Numbered from the stretch's first letter, positions 10,633 through 19,964 are shown. The stretch: 64,000 nucleotides of DNA from an uncultured Candidatus Saccharibacteria bacterium (GCA_964520295.1 CAZFMQ010000001.1:84604-148603); one strand, 5' to 3'. The notes: generated from the sequence alone by a model not told the origin. Made by a program: numbers and translations.

Positions 10633-10745
10633 TTGGTGGACAACCCCCAGCATCTGTTTTTGAGTATATAAATCACACAAAAAACACTTGTCTTTTACGT
10701 GTCCGAGAGTAGTATTGAGTTGTCTTTGAAACTATATCGGACATT

Positions 10746-11528
10746 ATGGAACGCCAAAAAGACAATCAAAAAGACATTCTCCCCTCTTACCTTTCGGCAA
10801 ATGACTTTTATGACCATGCTCGTAAAATCATTACTGCTATTTACCTCCTCACGGACATACTCAAAGACGAGGAACCAATCAAGTGGACTCTACGAACGAA
10901 CATCATTGAAGTAATGTCTGATACGGGTGTTCTCTCTCGATCATTCGGTGCTCGTCAAACCGACGGTGACGAAAAGGACATTATTGAGAAAATTACCAGC
11001 ATCCAATCACTCCTTGATGCAGGGGTTTTTGCAGGTCTCGTTTCCCCTTCTAATCACGAGATTCTTTCCAAAGAGCTTGCTGTATTTCAGAGAAACGCTG
11101 TTCGCCACTTTCATGAAGTTGAAGGTAATCAATCATTGATAACAAGTGCACTATTCTCTTCATTCTCATGGGACGATGTGCCGCAGATTTCCGAACCTCT
11201 TAAAGGACATTCAGATACATATAAAGGACATATAAAGGACACTCAAACCAACATAAAGCATGTTGCCACAAAAAGGACTTCGGTAGCATCAAAAAAGACA
11301 ACCAAAGCGAAAAACGCAACAGAAAACAATGGTGCCACACAGTCCGATAGAAAATCAAAGATTCTCAGCCTTATCCGCACGAAAGGCAACGTCATGATAA
11401 AAGACATAACACCAGATTTCCCTGGTGTGAGCGAAAAAACCATTCAGCGTGATTTGTTAGACCTTGTTGCAAAAGGAAGTATCTCAAAGACGGGTGAACG
11501 CCGCTGGACCACATACTCTATTATATAA
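10746..11528 (+). CDS. Hypothetical protein: unknown N-terminal domain, K/T/S-rich linker, C-terminal DeoR-like winged-HTH (SEKTIQRDLLDLVAKGSISKTGERRWTTY). Visibly lower GC than its neighbours.
   Basis: ORF 260 aa. HTH pattern at the C-terminus. A-rich codon usage. Bracketed by repeat copies 1 and 2. Confidence 0.6.
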   Translation: MERQKDNQKDILPSYLSANDFYDHARKIITAIYLLTDILKDEEPIKWTLRTNIIEVMSDTGVLSRSFGARQTDGDEKDIIEKITSIQSLLDAGVFAGLVSPSNHEILSKELAVFQRNAVRHFHEVEGNQSLITSALFSSFSWDDVPQISEPLKGHSDTYKGHIKDTQTNIKHVATKRTSVASKKTTKAKNATENNGATQSDRKSKILSLIRTKGNVMIKDITPDFPGVSEKTIQRDLLDLVAKGSISKTGERRWTTYSII

Positions 11529-11538
11529 GCGTCTTCTC

Positions 11539-11613
11539 GTGGCTTAGCCTCCTCTTGGAGGCTAAGCCACTAAGTGCATTCACCCCATTACCTGTGAACT
11601 AGTCCCCGTTCCC
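11539..11613 (+). repeat. Repeat element copy 2: perfect 14-bp hairpin GTGGCTTAGCCTCC-TCTT-GGAGGCTAAGCCAC followed by the conserved tail TAAGTGCATTCACCCCATTACCTGTGAACTAGTCCCCGTTCCC
   Basis: Read directly. The tail is about 90% identical to copy 1 while the hairpin sequence is unrelated. Confidence 0.55.
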
Positions 11614-11805
11614 TAATGTGTAACTTTTTACCCCCTTTTTGGCATTCCCAGAGTAGATAGGAGGATAGTACCGAAACCTTGAAATAAGGCACCGTTTTGT
11701 GCTATAGTGGGCGCTGGGAACAGTCCCAAAAAATGCACAAAATAATCCTCAGAAAACCCGCAAAAAAGTCGCAAAAACGACAAGGGTTATCCACAAGGAT
11801 TTTTG

Positions 11806-11831
11806 GTGTTGTGTGCGGGTAAACCTATAAT
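11806..11831 (+). promoter_or_regulatory. Candidate sigma70-type promoter (TTGGTG-17 bp-TATAAT) inside the ~470 bp non-coding leader upstream of the secreted protein gene
   Basis: Sequence tttTTGGTGttgtgtgcgggtaaaccTATAATggg. Hexamer match only. Confidence 0.25.
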
Positions 11832-12096
11832 GGGTACACGCACGGAAAGAAAGTTTTGGGAGCTGACGACTGCACTTTGACAAATCAATAGAGAGTACGG
11901 AAAAAAGAAAGCGCACAAACGTTTTTCTTCTTTCTAAAATTATTTCTGCCACGATGATATGGGTAGAACGGCACATACTGTGAGTCAGTATTCACTTACG
12001 CAAACTATACCCCGAAGCGGTTGGCCGTCCGGGTGTAGTGATTAAAAAAGTTATTAGTTATCAGCTCCCTATAACCAAGGGAAAAAACAAAAAATT

Positions 12097-13929
12097 ATGT
12101 TAAAGAAAGTAGGCCTCGTAGGTCTTCTCGCCGCAGCTGCATTTGCACTTCCTGCATCAGCAGCAACGGTTGAAGAACTTCAGGCACAAGTAAACGCGCT
12201 TCTTGCACAGCTTGCAGGTTTGCAAGGTGGTTCAAGCAGCTCAGCAGGTTGTTTCACTTTTACCCGTGACCTTACAGAAGGTTCAACAGGTGCAGATGTA
12301 ACAGCACTTCAGAATTATCTCGCAAGCACTGGACACTTTTCAGTAGCCGCAACGGGATACTTCGGTTCAATTACTCGCGCATCAGTTGCTTCATGGCAAG
12401 CAGCGAACGGTGTTGCTCCAGCAGCGGGATACTTTGGCGCAATTTCACGCGCAAAGTACAACTCAATGTGTGGTAGCACAGGTTCAACTGGATCAACCGG
12501 TTCAACTGGCTCAACAGGTTTGAGTGGTGGTGAGGCGGATCTCTCAGATCTCTCACTCTCATCAGGCGACGACTCAACACTTGAAGAAGGTGAAGATGGT
12601 GATGTAGCAGAATTGGAGTTTGACGTTGACGACGCAGACGTAGAAGTTCAGCGTGTTGACCTCGTATTCAAGAACACATCATCACCTGCATCAGGTGATA
12701 AGAAGCCTTGGAAGGTTTTTGAAGACATCACACTCATGCTTGATGGTGATGATGTAGCAGATGTTGACGGTTCTGATGAAGATAACTGGAGCGAGCTCGC
12801 AAATGACGAGTACCGTCTCCGCTTCTCAGGTATTGGCGCAGTTGTAGAAGGTGACGAAACAGCATTGTTTGTTGTGAACGTTGCACTTCAGAACAGCGTT
12901 AAGGATTCAGACGACGGTGTTGAATGGAGCTTGTGGGTTGCAGACGATGGTATCCGCGCACTCGATGGTGAAGGTATTGACCACACTCTCGGTGATGCAG
13001 ATGAAATGGCGGATGCAGACGACGTAGTTTCATTTGACATTGACGAGGAAGGTGCAGACGAAGACCTCAACCTCAAGTCATCATCTGATGATCCAGATGC
13101 AACGACATTCCTCGTTGATGAAGACGACAAATCAGATTGGTTTGAAGCATTCATCTTCAACATTGAAGCTGAAGATGGTGATATTGACCTTGAAGATCTC
13201 GTAATTACTGTTACAACTGACTCAGCTGCATACAACATGGTTGTAGATGATGTTCGTGCCGTAATTGATGGTCGCACCATCAAGAAGGACACCGTAACAA
13301 ACTCAACCTCAACTACAGCTACTGTCTCATTTGATATCGATGGTAAAGTTACCGTTGATGCAGACGACACTGTAGAAGCAGTTATTGAGTTGCGCTTCCG
13401 CCCAACAGCAGAAGGTGCAAACTACGGTTCTGGAACAACAACTGTTGAAGTTGCAACTGTATCTATCACAGGTGAAGGTGCTATTGACCACACAGACACT
13501 GCAACTATCACTAGTGCAGAACACACACTTTCAACATCACCTGCAACGATCTCTAACGTAAGTTGGTCATCGTCAGAGTCAGGTAATGGTGCAACAGGTG
13601 TGATTGACTTCTTCTTCACTGTATCTGCAGATGAAGACGATGTTGATGTTCTTGGTTCAGAAATCATGGACACCATCACAGGTGCTGGTACATTTGACGC
13701 AGGTGTAGGTACTACATCAGCATCAACGTACGGTAACCTCTCACGTGTATCAGGTGATAGCGTAACACCTATCTCTGGTGGATATCGTGTGGGTGAAGGT
13801 GATTCTACCCGCTTCCGTGTTCGCTACAACGCATCAAGCGCTGGTGTATACGAAGTGACTATGATTTCAGTCGCAGGGCAAGCAGTTGCCGACGACGACC
13901 AGTTGTCACCTTCATTGATCCTCGAATAA
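12097..13929 (+). CDS. Secreted protein: signal peptide, two peptidoglycan-binding-like repeats, an (STG)5 linker, and a long D/E-rich beta-strand region
   Basis: Signal peptide MLKKVGLVGLLAAAAFALPASA. Repeats GADVTALQNYLASTGHF...ATGYFGSITRASVASWQAANGV and ...PAAGYFGAISRAKY resemble PG_binding_1 and recur in the M23 peptidase at 18663-19628. Confidence 0.7.
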   Translation: MLKKVGLVGLLAAAAFALPASAATVEELQAQVNALLAQLAGLQGGSSSSAGCFTFTRDLTEGSTGADVTALQNYLASTGHFSVAATGYFGSITRASVASWQAANGVAPAAGYFGAISRAKYNSMCGSTGSTGSTGSTGSTGLSGGEADLSDLSLSSGDDSTLEEGEDGDVAELEFDVDDADVEVQRVDLVFKNTSSPASGDKKPWKVFEDITLMLDGDDVADVDGSDEDNWSELANDEYRLRFSGIGAVVEGDETALFVVNVALQNSVKDSDDGVEWSLWVADDGIRALDGEGIDHTLGDADEMADADDVVSFDIDEEGADEDLNLKSSSDDPDATTFLVDEDDKSDWFEAFIFNIEAEDGDIDLEDLVITVTTDSAAYNMVVDDVRAVIDGRTIKKDTVTNSTSTTATVSFDIDGKVTVDADDTVEAVIELRFRPTAEGANYGSGTTTVEVATVSITGEGAIDHTDTATITSAEHTLSTSPATISNVSWSSSESGNGATGVIDFFFTVSADEDDVDVLGSEIMDTITGAGTFDAGVGTTSASTYGNLSRVSGDSVTPISGGYRVGEGDSTRFRVRYNASSAGVYEVTMISVAGQAVADDDQLSPSLILE

Positions 13930-13970
13930 TAATTCTTGGACAATGGTTCTCTGAAATGAGAACAACAAAA

Positions 13971-13996
13971 ACACCTCCGTAAGGGGGTGTTTTTGT
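13971..13996 (+). terminator. Rho-independent terminator ACACCTCC-GTAA-GGGGGTGT followed by TTTTTG
   Basis: Read directly after the stop codon at 13929. Confidence 0.75.
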
Positions 13997-14082
13997 ATTG
14001 GAGAAAATAACCTTAGTAACCGAACCACTCGTACGAATGGTTCAGTTACTACGTGGGTATATCTGGTATACTAGAGAGCAAT

Positions 14083-14262
14083 ATGAAGCCACTGTTTAAT
14101 CGCACATTCTTTAAGTTTGTGTTTGGGTTTTTGGGGATACTGCTCGTGGGTTTCCTCATTCTTTTTGCGGTTAATGCGGTCATGTTTGCGAAAGGCGTGC
14201 ACCTTGAAGATGATTCCAATGCTGTTCTGACGTGTATAACAAGCTCCGGTGTGCCCTGTTAG
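14083..14262 (+). CDS. Possible small membrane protein (about 59 aa)
   Basis: ORF 14053..14262 with internal ATG 14083 (MKPLFNRTFFKFVFGFLGILLVGFLILFAVNAV). Followed by a terminator. No homology recognised. Confidence 0.35.
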   Translation: MKPLFNRTFFKFVFGFLGILLVGFLILFAVNAVMFAKGVHLEDDSNAVLTCITSSGVPC

Positions 14263-14267
14263 GAAAA

Positions 14268-14312
14268 GAAAAAGCACCCGAAGCGCCCATGGGCGCTTCG
14301 GGTGCTTTTGAT
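14268..14312. terminator. Bidirectional terminator: about 18-bp perfect stem AAGCACCCGAAGCGCCCA/TGGGCGCTTCGGGTGCTT with A-run upstream and T-run downstream
   Basis: Read directly. Sits between the small ORF (+) and the YqeY gene (-). Confidence 0.8.
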
Positions 14313-14326
14313 ATAAGAAAGGGGAA

Positions 14327-14779
14327 TTATCCAAGCAATTCTCCCACGACTTCCTGCACGATTTTGCCATCTGCTTTACCTTTCAAATCCTTCATAAGCA
14401 GACCAATAAACTGACCCTTCTGCTCCGAAGCCGTTGGGATTTCTGCAATCTTTGTTTGCACAAAAGCCACAATCTCTTCTCGGCTCATCTGTGCGGGCAA
14501 AAATGACTCAAGAACAGCCAATTCCGCCTTCTCGGGCTCCGACAAATCGGTGCGTCCTGCGGCATCAAATTGTGCGATAGATTCTTTGTGTTTTTTTGCT
14601 TCGCGCATGATAACAGCCATGGCGTCATCATCTGAAAGCTCTCCATCTGGCTTTTGTCCCTTGATAACGAGCTCGTTGGTGAATGCAGCAGAAAGTGCAC
14701 GCAACACACTAAGCTTGGTGGTTTCTTTTGCCTTCAATGCGGCCATAATGCCTTCTTTTATATCCTGTTGTAACGACAT
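14327..14779 (-). CDS. yqeY: GatB/YqeY domain protein
   Basis: 150 aa all-helical. IKEGIMAALKAKETTKLSVLRALSAA ... EIVQEVVGELLG is typical of the YqeY family. Confidence 0.85.
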   Translation of the reverse strand: MSLQQDIKEGIMAALKAKETTKLSVLRALSAAFTNELVIKGQKPDGELSDDDAMAVIMREAKKHKESIAQFDAAGRTDLSEPEKAELAVLESFLPAQMSREEIVAFVQTKIAEIPTASEQKGQFIGLLMKDLKGKADGKIVQEVVGELLG

Positions 14780-14829
14780 AGTATTGTGTGAATTTCAATA
14801 AACGGATACATGATACCATATACTGCATC

Positions 14830-17457
14830 ATGGAAGAACGACCAATGCACGCGCATACTATTGATGAGGTTGTGGAGTGGTTTGGTTCAAATCTCACCAC
14901 GGGATTGACGGAGGCAGAAGCAAAACGCTTACAAAAGGTATACGGCCCTAACTTTTTTGAAAAGAAAATTCGTCTGACCTTTGTGCGTAAGATAATTCGC
15001 TTTCTTGCAAGTCCTTTGGTACTCATTTTGTTTCTTGCACTGTTTGCGGCATTTTTTCTTGGTGAATATACGGATGCGCTCGTAATTGCACTTGCCATCC
15101 TCATCAATGTGAGTGTGGGATTGTATCAGGAGGGACGTACCGATAGAGCATTTGAGCGTCTTTCGCTTTCGCAAGAGCACACGGCACTCATTATGCGCGA
15201 TGGACGAACGTACCGAGTGCTTGCGCATGAGCTTGTGCCCGGCGACATTGTGCTTATGCATGCAGGGGATGTGGTACCGGCGGACATGCGCTTGGTGTCG
15301 GTGCGCGAAATCTTTATGAATGAAGCACCACTGACAGGAGAGTCGGCACCTGTGGAAAAGGATACTGATGCTGTTGCCACCGACGCACCTATGACAGAAC
15401 AACACAGCATGGCATGGATGGGCACGCTGGTGGTATCTGGTTCTGCGCGCGGGATCGTGATTACCACAGGTGCACAGACCAAAATGGGACAGATTGCAGC
15501 GCAACTGCAAGCGTCACATGATATTGAAACACCTATTCAACGCAATATTTCGCACTTGGCACGCTTTCTTGCACTCGTCGTTGCATTCGTTGTGGTGGGA
15601 ATTTTTGTACTCGGCATTGTACGTGGGGAGGCGATGGGTACGATGTTATTGTTGGCGGTCGCTGTTGCGGTGTCTGCGGTGCCGGAAGGATTGCCTGCTG
15701 CCGTTGCTGTTTCACTTGCCATTGGTGTAGAGCGATTATTGGATCGTGGTGGATTGGTGCGCACGATTGTGACGGCAGAGACGCTTGGTAGTACAACTTA
15801 TATTTTGACAGATAAAACGGGCACGCTGACACGCGCCGAGATGGTATTCCGCGAAGCGTTTGTCCCAGCGGTAGGAGTGGTGACTGAGGGAGAACATGCG
15901 CTCGGTGCGTTGCGTCTCGGCGCGCTTGCATCTGATGTGGTATTTGAATACGCAGAAAAAGGCGAGGTGCATGTGGACGGTCGACCGATGGAGAAAATTA
16001 TGACGGAGAGTGCTGTTCGTCTCGGCATGCCAAAAGATTTTGATATTACGCACCCCGTCGTTGGTGACCGTCCGTTCAATTCAAAATATAAGTTCAGTGC
16101 GTATGTGCGTGAAGATCGAAAAACAAAAGCGCGGATAGTGTACGTGGCGGGTGCTCCTGAAATACTATTGCAGAAAGCGGGGGCGCATGGTTTGTACAAT
16201 CGCACCCCCATGACTGAAGCGGTACGCGCCGAAACAACGGAGATATTCGAGTCCCAAAGTGAGCGTGGGTACCGTATTTTGGGTACAGCATGGAAAGAAG
16301 TTACAAAAGAGTTTGATATTGATGCATCTTCTGACGCCGAGATTCTTGAAAATCTTACCTTCGGTTCGCTCTTGTTATTTGAAGATCCGCTACGTGCTGA
16401 TGCGCGTGAATCGGTGCTTCAGGCGCGAGAATCGGGGGCGGAGGTGCGTATGCTCACCGGAGATAATCCTGCCGTTGCACGCACTATTGCACGAGAGGTC
16501 GGCATTGATGGCCATGAGGAACCGATAACAGGGCAGGAAATTGAAGAAATGTCTGATGCAGAATTACTTGCCGCACTACGTACACACCATGTGTTTGCTC
16601 GTGTACTGCCGTTGCAGAAAATGCGCATGGCGCAAGTATTGCGTAAAGCAGGAGAGGTGGTGGCGATGACAGGAGATGGTATCAATGATGCGCCTGCACT
16701 TAGAGCGGCTGATATCGGCATTGCGCTTGGTAGTGGCACTGAAGTGGCAAAAGAAGCATCCGATTTGGTGCTCATTCATGACAGCTTCTCTATTATTGTA
16801 TCGGCGATAGAAGAAGGTCGGCGCATCATGGATAACCTAAAGAAAATGACAACGCACTTGCTCGCTACATCGTTTGGTGAAGTAATGATTATTGTGAGTG
16901 CTGTTGTGGGAGGATTTGCACTGCCGATTTTGCCGGTTCAGATTTTGTGGCTCAATATCGTACAGGAAGGATTTTTGTCATTTGCATTTGCATTTGAGCC
17001 AGCAGAACCAGGTGTGTTGAAGCGTAATCCGCGTAATAAAAACGTGCGGCGCTTGCTGACAACTGAAGTGCGACAAGGTATTTTAGCCAGCGGTATAATT
17101 TCTGGCGCACTCGCTATTTTGGTATACATTGTACTTACGCGACAGGGTTTTTCTTTGCCATATCTGCAAACGATTATGTTCGGCGCACTGTCGCTGGATG
17201 CATTGGTATTTGCATTTTCACTCAAAAACTTCACGGTGCCTATTTGGCGCATCAATCCCTTTTCAAATAAATATCTCGTTGGTGCGGTATTGATTAGTGC
17301 CGTACTCCTCATCGCAGCATTTCTCATGGCTCCGTTGCGCGATGTGTTGTCGCTGGTGCCATTAGATAGTTTCGGCATCGGACTCCTCATAGTGTTGGCA
17401 TTCCTCAATCTGTGTATTATTGAGGGCACAAAATTCTTTGTATTTCGGGCTCGGTAG
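14830..17457 (+). CDS. Cation-transporting P-type ATPase (P2-type, Ca2+/Mg2+-like)
   Basis: Phosphorylation motif ILTDKTGTLT, hinge MTGDGINDAPALRAADIGIALG, about 10 TM helices. Start placed at ATG 14830, divergent from yqeY. Confidence 0.93.
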   Translation: MEERPMHAHTIDEVVEWFGSNLTTGLTEAEAKRLQKVYGPNFFEKKIRLTFVRKIIRFLASPLVLILFLALFAAFFLGEYTDALVIALAILINVSVGLYQEGRTDRAFERLSLSQEHTALIMRDGRTYRVLAHELVPGDIVLMHAGDVVPADMRLVSVREIFMNEAPLTGESAPVEKDTDAVATDAPMTEQHSMAWMGTLVVSGSARGIVITTGAQTKMGQIAAQLQASHDIETPIQRNISHLARFLALVVAFVVVGIFVLGIVRGEAMGTMLLLAVAVAVSAVPEGLPAAVAVSLAIGVERLLDRGGLVRTIVTAETLGSTTYILTDKTGTLTRAEMVFREAFVPAVGVVTEGEHALGALRLGALASDVVFEYAEKGEVHVDGRPMEKIMTESAVRLGMPKDFDITHPVVGDRPFNSKYKFSAYVREDRKTKARIVYVAGAPEILLQKAGAHGLYNRTPMTEAVRAETTEIFESQSERGYRILGTAWKEVTKEFDIDASSDAEILENLTFGSLLLFEDPLRADARESVLQARESGAEVRMLTGDNPAVARTIAREVGIDGHEEPITGQEIEEMSDAELLAALRTHHVFARVLPLQKMRMAQVLRKAGEVVAMTGDGINDAPALRAADIGIALGSGTEVAKEASDLVLIHDSFSIIVSAIEEGRRIMDNLKKMTTHLLATSFGEVMIIVSAVVGGFALPILPVQILWLNIVQEGFLSFAFAFEPAEPGVLKRNPRNKNVRRLLTTEVRQGILASGIISGALAILVYIVLTRQGFSLPYLQTIMFGALSLDALVFAFSLKNFTVPIWRINPFSNKYLVGAVLISAVLLIAAFLMAPLRDVLSLVPLDSFGIGLLIVLAFLNLCIIEGTKFFVFRAR

Positions 17458-17487
17458 AGAGGATTCACGTCGTGGTATACTGCTTGC

Positions 17488-18540
17488 ATGATGGATATTG
17501 TGTTAATCATTTTTTTGGCGATTGTGGCGCTTGGTATGGGTGTGCTGATTTGGTTATTTGCGCGCGGTAAAAAAACAACCACTGCCGACGATGCAGGGTT
17601 ATCACTCATTCTGCAGCAGCTTAACGAAGTATCGCGCACCGTAGATCAAAAACTCGGCGAAAGTACCAAGACACTGCACGAGTCATTGCGTGGTCAGCTG
17701 TCAGAATCAACACGCATTGTGCGTGAGGTAACGGAAGGGCTGACGAAGCTTGATGAAACGAATAAGCAGGTGGTGTCGTTTGCCGATCAACTCCAATCAC
17801 TGCAAGATATTCTGCAAAATAGCAAACAACGCGGTGCACTTGGTGAGTACTATCTTGAAAAAGTGTTGCAAGATGTCTTTGCACCAACGCAGTACGCATT
17901 GCAGTACCAATTCAAAAATGGGGAAGCGGTTGATGCGGCGCTCTTTTTGCAGGACAAAAAGATTTTGCCGATTGACTCAAAGTTCTCTCTTGAAAATTAT
18001 CGTCGCATTTTGGAATCACGTGATCCCGAAGAGCGCGCACGTTTGGAGAAGGCATTTGTGAATGATTTGAAATTGCGCGTCAAAGAAACGAGTAAGTACA
18101 TTCGTCCTGCAGAAAACACCATGGATTTTGCATTCATGTTCATTCCTTCAGAGGCGATTTACTATGATTTGCTCTCCAACAAGGTGGGCGTTATAGATTT
18201 AGAAGAATCAATTATCCAGCGTGCGTATAAGGAATATAAGGTGATTATTGTTTCTCCTACGACATTCGTGGCGTACTTGCAGACCGTGATGCAAGGGTTG
18301 CGCAGTTTGCAGATTGAGGAGCAGGCAAAGGATATCCAGAAGCGTGTCGGCGATTTAGGCAGGCACCTGACAAGCTACAACGAGTACATGACCAAACTGG
18401 GTAACGCGCTTGGTACGACGGTGAATCATTTCAACACTGCGCACAAAGAGCTCGGCAAGATTGATAAAGATGTGGTGAAAATCGCGGGTGGTGCCGTTGG
18501 TATTGAAACCCTTACACTCTCAAAGCCACAGCAAGAGTAA
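17488..18540 (+). CDS. rmuC: DNA recombination protein RmuC
   Basis: N-terminal TM helix, long coiled-coil, and the conserved C-terminal RmuC region (FAFMFIPSEAIYYDLL...IVSPTTFVAYLQTV). Confidence 0.88.
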   Translation: MMDIVLIIFLAIVALGMGVLIWLFARGKKTTTADDAGLSLILQQLNEVSRTVDQKLGESTKTLHESLRGQLSESTRIVREVTEGLTKLDETNKQVVSFADQLQSLQDILQNSKQRGALGEYYLEKVLQDVFAPTQYALQYQFKNGEAVDAALFLQDKKILPIDSKFSLENYRRILESRDPEERARLEKAFVNDLKLRVKETSKYIRPAENTMDFAFMFIPSEAIYYDLLSNKVGVIDLEESIIQRAYKEYKVIIVSPTTFVAYLQTVMQGLRSLQIEEQAKDIQKRVGDLGRHLTSYNEYMTKLGNALGTTVNHFNTAHKELGKIDKDVVKIAGGAVGIETLTLSKPQQE

Positions 18541-18544
18541 ATAG

Positions 18545-18606
18545 TAGGGAGCAGAGACTAGTTCACAGGCCCGCCCGTACCGACTGGTACAGTCGGGCGG
18601 GGAACA
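18545..18606 (-). repeat. Repeat element copy 3, inverted orientation: GC-rich imperfect hairpin (18570-18601) adjacent to CCTGTGAACTAG (as CTAGTTCACAGG, 18558-18569) and GGGGAACAG
   Basis: Read directly, between convergent rmuC and the M23 peptidase gene. Confidence 0.5.
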
Positions 18607-18662
18607 GAAAATATACAAGCCCGAAACACCAATTGGTGTTTTGGGCTCGTATCCCAACCGTA

Positions 18663-19628
18663 TTATTTCTCGTGCGCGAGGATGTAGGCACGTGTCAGAG
18701 GGCCAAAATAGCCCACTGCAGGCGTAATGCCGACACTTCGTTGATATTCGGCCAATGCTGCTTGTGTGATAGGGCCGAAGTATCCCGTTGCACCTGCACC
18801 TGCTAATTTTTGTGCGTTTGGTCCGCTATTTTTCAAAATAAGAAATGCTTGCAGTGCGGTAACGAGTGGACCTTCCGCACCTACTTCAAGGTCCAAAGAT
18901 GTTTGCGCTGTTTCTGGAGTTTGTGTGGTGGTGCCAAATACTTTTGTGATATCGGCAGGAAGTTTGATACCCGCCATGGTCGCTTGGCGTAATTCGCTGG
19001 CATACTGTGCAACAACAAAATCAATAAGCTCGTCTTCATCCGAAACAGTATCAAGTGCTTCTTCAAGATAGGTTATTTTATCGCGTAGCGAGAGTTCTTT
19101 GGTAATGCGTGGGTATGGGTCTGTGGCACTTCGTCCATCGCGAATTTCGAAGTGCAGGTGTGCTGGTCCTCCTGCGGCATTGCCGGTATTGCCGACGTAG
19201 CCGACGATGTCTCCTGCATCTAATTCGTCTCCTGCATCAACAAGTATTTCGTCTAGATGCATGTAGCGGAATGTCTCACCACCTGGATTTGCGGTGTATA
19301 CATATTTGCCGGAACCCGAACCATTACCGGTGCGCGTGACAATGGCTTCAGTGGGGGAGATAATCGGCGCGCCTTTTGGTGCCATGATGTCCAGGCCCTC
19401 ATGCGAACGTGCCCCTCCGTCACGCGGGTCGCCAAAATTCTCGGTGAGGTGTACGAGTTGTACACCAAAAAGGATAGGAATAAATAATTTTTCTACACGA
19501 TCATCATCAAGGTTGTTGATTTTTCGTTGGATTGAACGTGATACGCCACGACCACCACCATATTGCGCGTATGAAGCAAGAGGAATAATAAGTGCGCAGA
19601 GTACTACGCCAATTAATATTTTTTTCAT
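18663..19628 (-). CDS. M23 family metallopeptidase (LytM-like) with signal peptide and C-terminal peptidoglycan-binding-like repeats
   Basis: Signal peptide MKKILIGVVLCALIIPLASYA. M23 catalytic motifs HEGLDI and GYVGNTGNAAGGPAHLHFEIR. C-terminal ATGYFGPITQAALAEYQRSVGITPAVGYFGPLTRAY. Confidence 0.9.
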   Translation of the reverse strand: MKKILIGVVLCALIIPLASYAQYGGGRGVSRSIQRKINNLDDDRVEKLFIPILFGVQLVHLTENFGDPRDGGARSHEGLDIMAPKGAPIISPTEAIVTRTGNGSGSGKYVYTANPGGETFRYMHLDEILVDAGDELDAGDIVGYVGNTGNAAGGPAHLHFEIRDGRSATDPYPRITKELSLRDKITYLEEALDTVSDEDELIDFVVAQYASELRQATMAGIKLPADITKVFGTTTQTPETAQTSLDLEVGAEGPLVTALQAFLILKNSGPNAQKLAGAGATGYFGPITQAALAEYQRSVGITPAVGYFGPLTRAYILAHEK

Positions 19629-19702
19629 ACTGTACAGTATAGCATTTGTGATGTGCGATTTTGTTTTGCCAATTGCATTTTTTCTGATATACTGCGTGGT
19701 AC

Positions 19703-19774
19703 TGCGGGGTGGAGGAGAGGTACCTCACCAGGCTCATAACCTGGGGATCGCCGGTTCGATTCCGGCCCCCGCTA
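19703..19774 (+). tRNA. tRNA-Met (anticodon CAU), initiator-like: U1xU72 mismatch, A11:U24
   Basis: Hand fold. Acceptor TGCGGGG/CCCCGCT, D-stem GAGG/CCTC with 7-nt loop, anticodon stem CCAGG/CCTGG with loop CTCATAA, T-arm GCCGG-TTCGATT-CCGGC, discriminator A. CCA not encoded. Confidence 0.65.
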
Positions 19775-19790
19775 CAACAATGCAAAAAAC

Positions 19791-19816
19791 AAAAAAAACG
19801 GCATACGTCGTTTTTT
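19791..19816. terminator. A/T-flanked short hairpin (AAAAAAAACGGC-ATAC-GTCGTTTTTT), bidirectional terminator-like. Copy 1 of a twin.
   Basis: Read directly, 3' of tRNA-Met. Confidence 0.55.
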
Positions 19817-19938
19817 GTTTTCTGGGCGGAATCTTTGATTTAAAAAAGACTTGGTCACACATCGTTTTCTGTTGAAAACGCGCGCGACCCCGCCTCGGCC
19901 CGTCGGCCTCCGGCTTTCAAGTCCCGTCAGTCCAAAAT

Positions 19939-19964
19939 AAAAAAAACGGCATACGCCGTTTTTT
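19939..19964. terminator. A/T-flanked short hairpin (AAAAAAAACGGC-ATAC-GCCGTTTTTT). Copy 2 of the twin, immediately 3' of tRNA-Asp on the - strand.
   Basis: Read directly. Nearly identical to the 19791-19816 copy. Confidence 0.55.

Noticed and set aside
12478-12525. Tandem 9-bp repeat (GGTTCAAC/TGGATCAACC...) considered as a CRISPR-like or microsatellite array
   Set aside because: It is in-frame coding sequence for an (STG)5 linker inside the secreted protein. It has no spacer-repeat architecture and no cas genes.
14929-17639. Minus-strand ORFs (14929-15510, 16938-17639 and others) inside the P-type ATPase gene
   Set aside because: Antisense to a gene with DKTGTLT and GDGINDAP motifs. Cys/His-rich junk translations.
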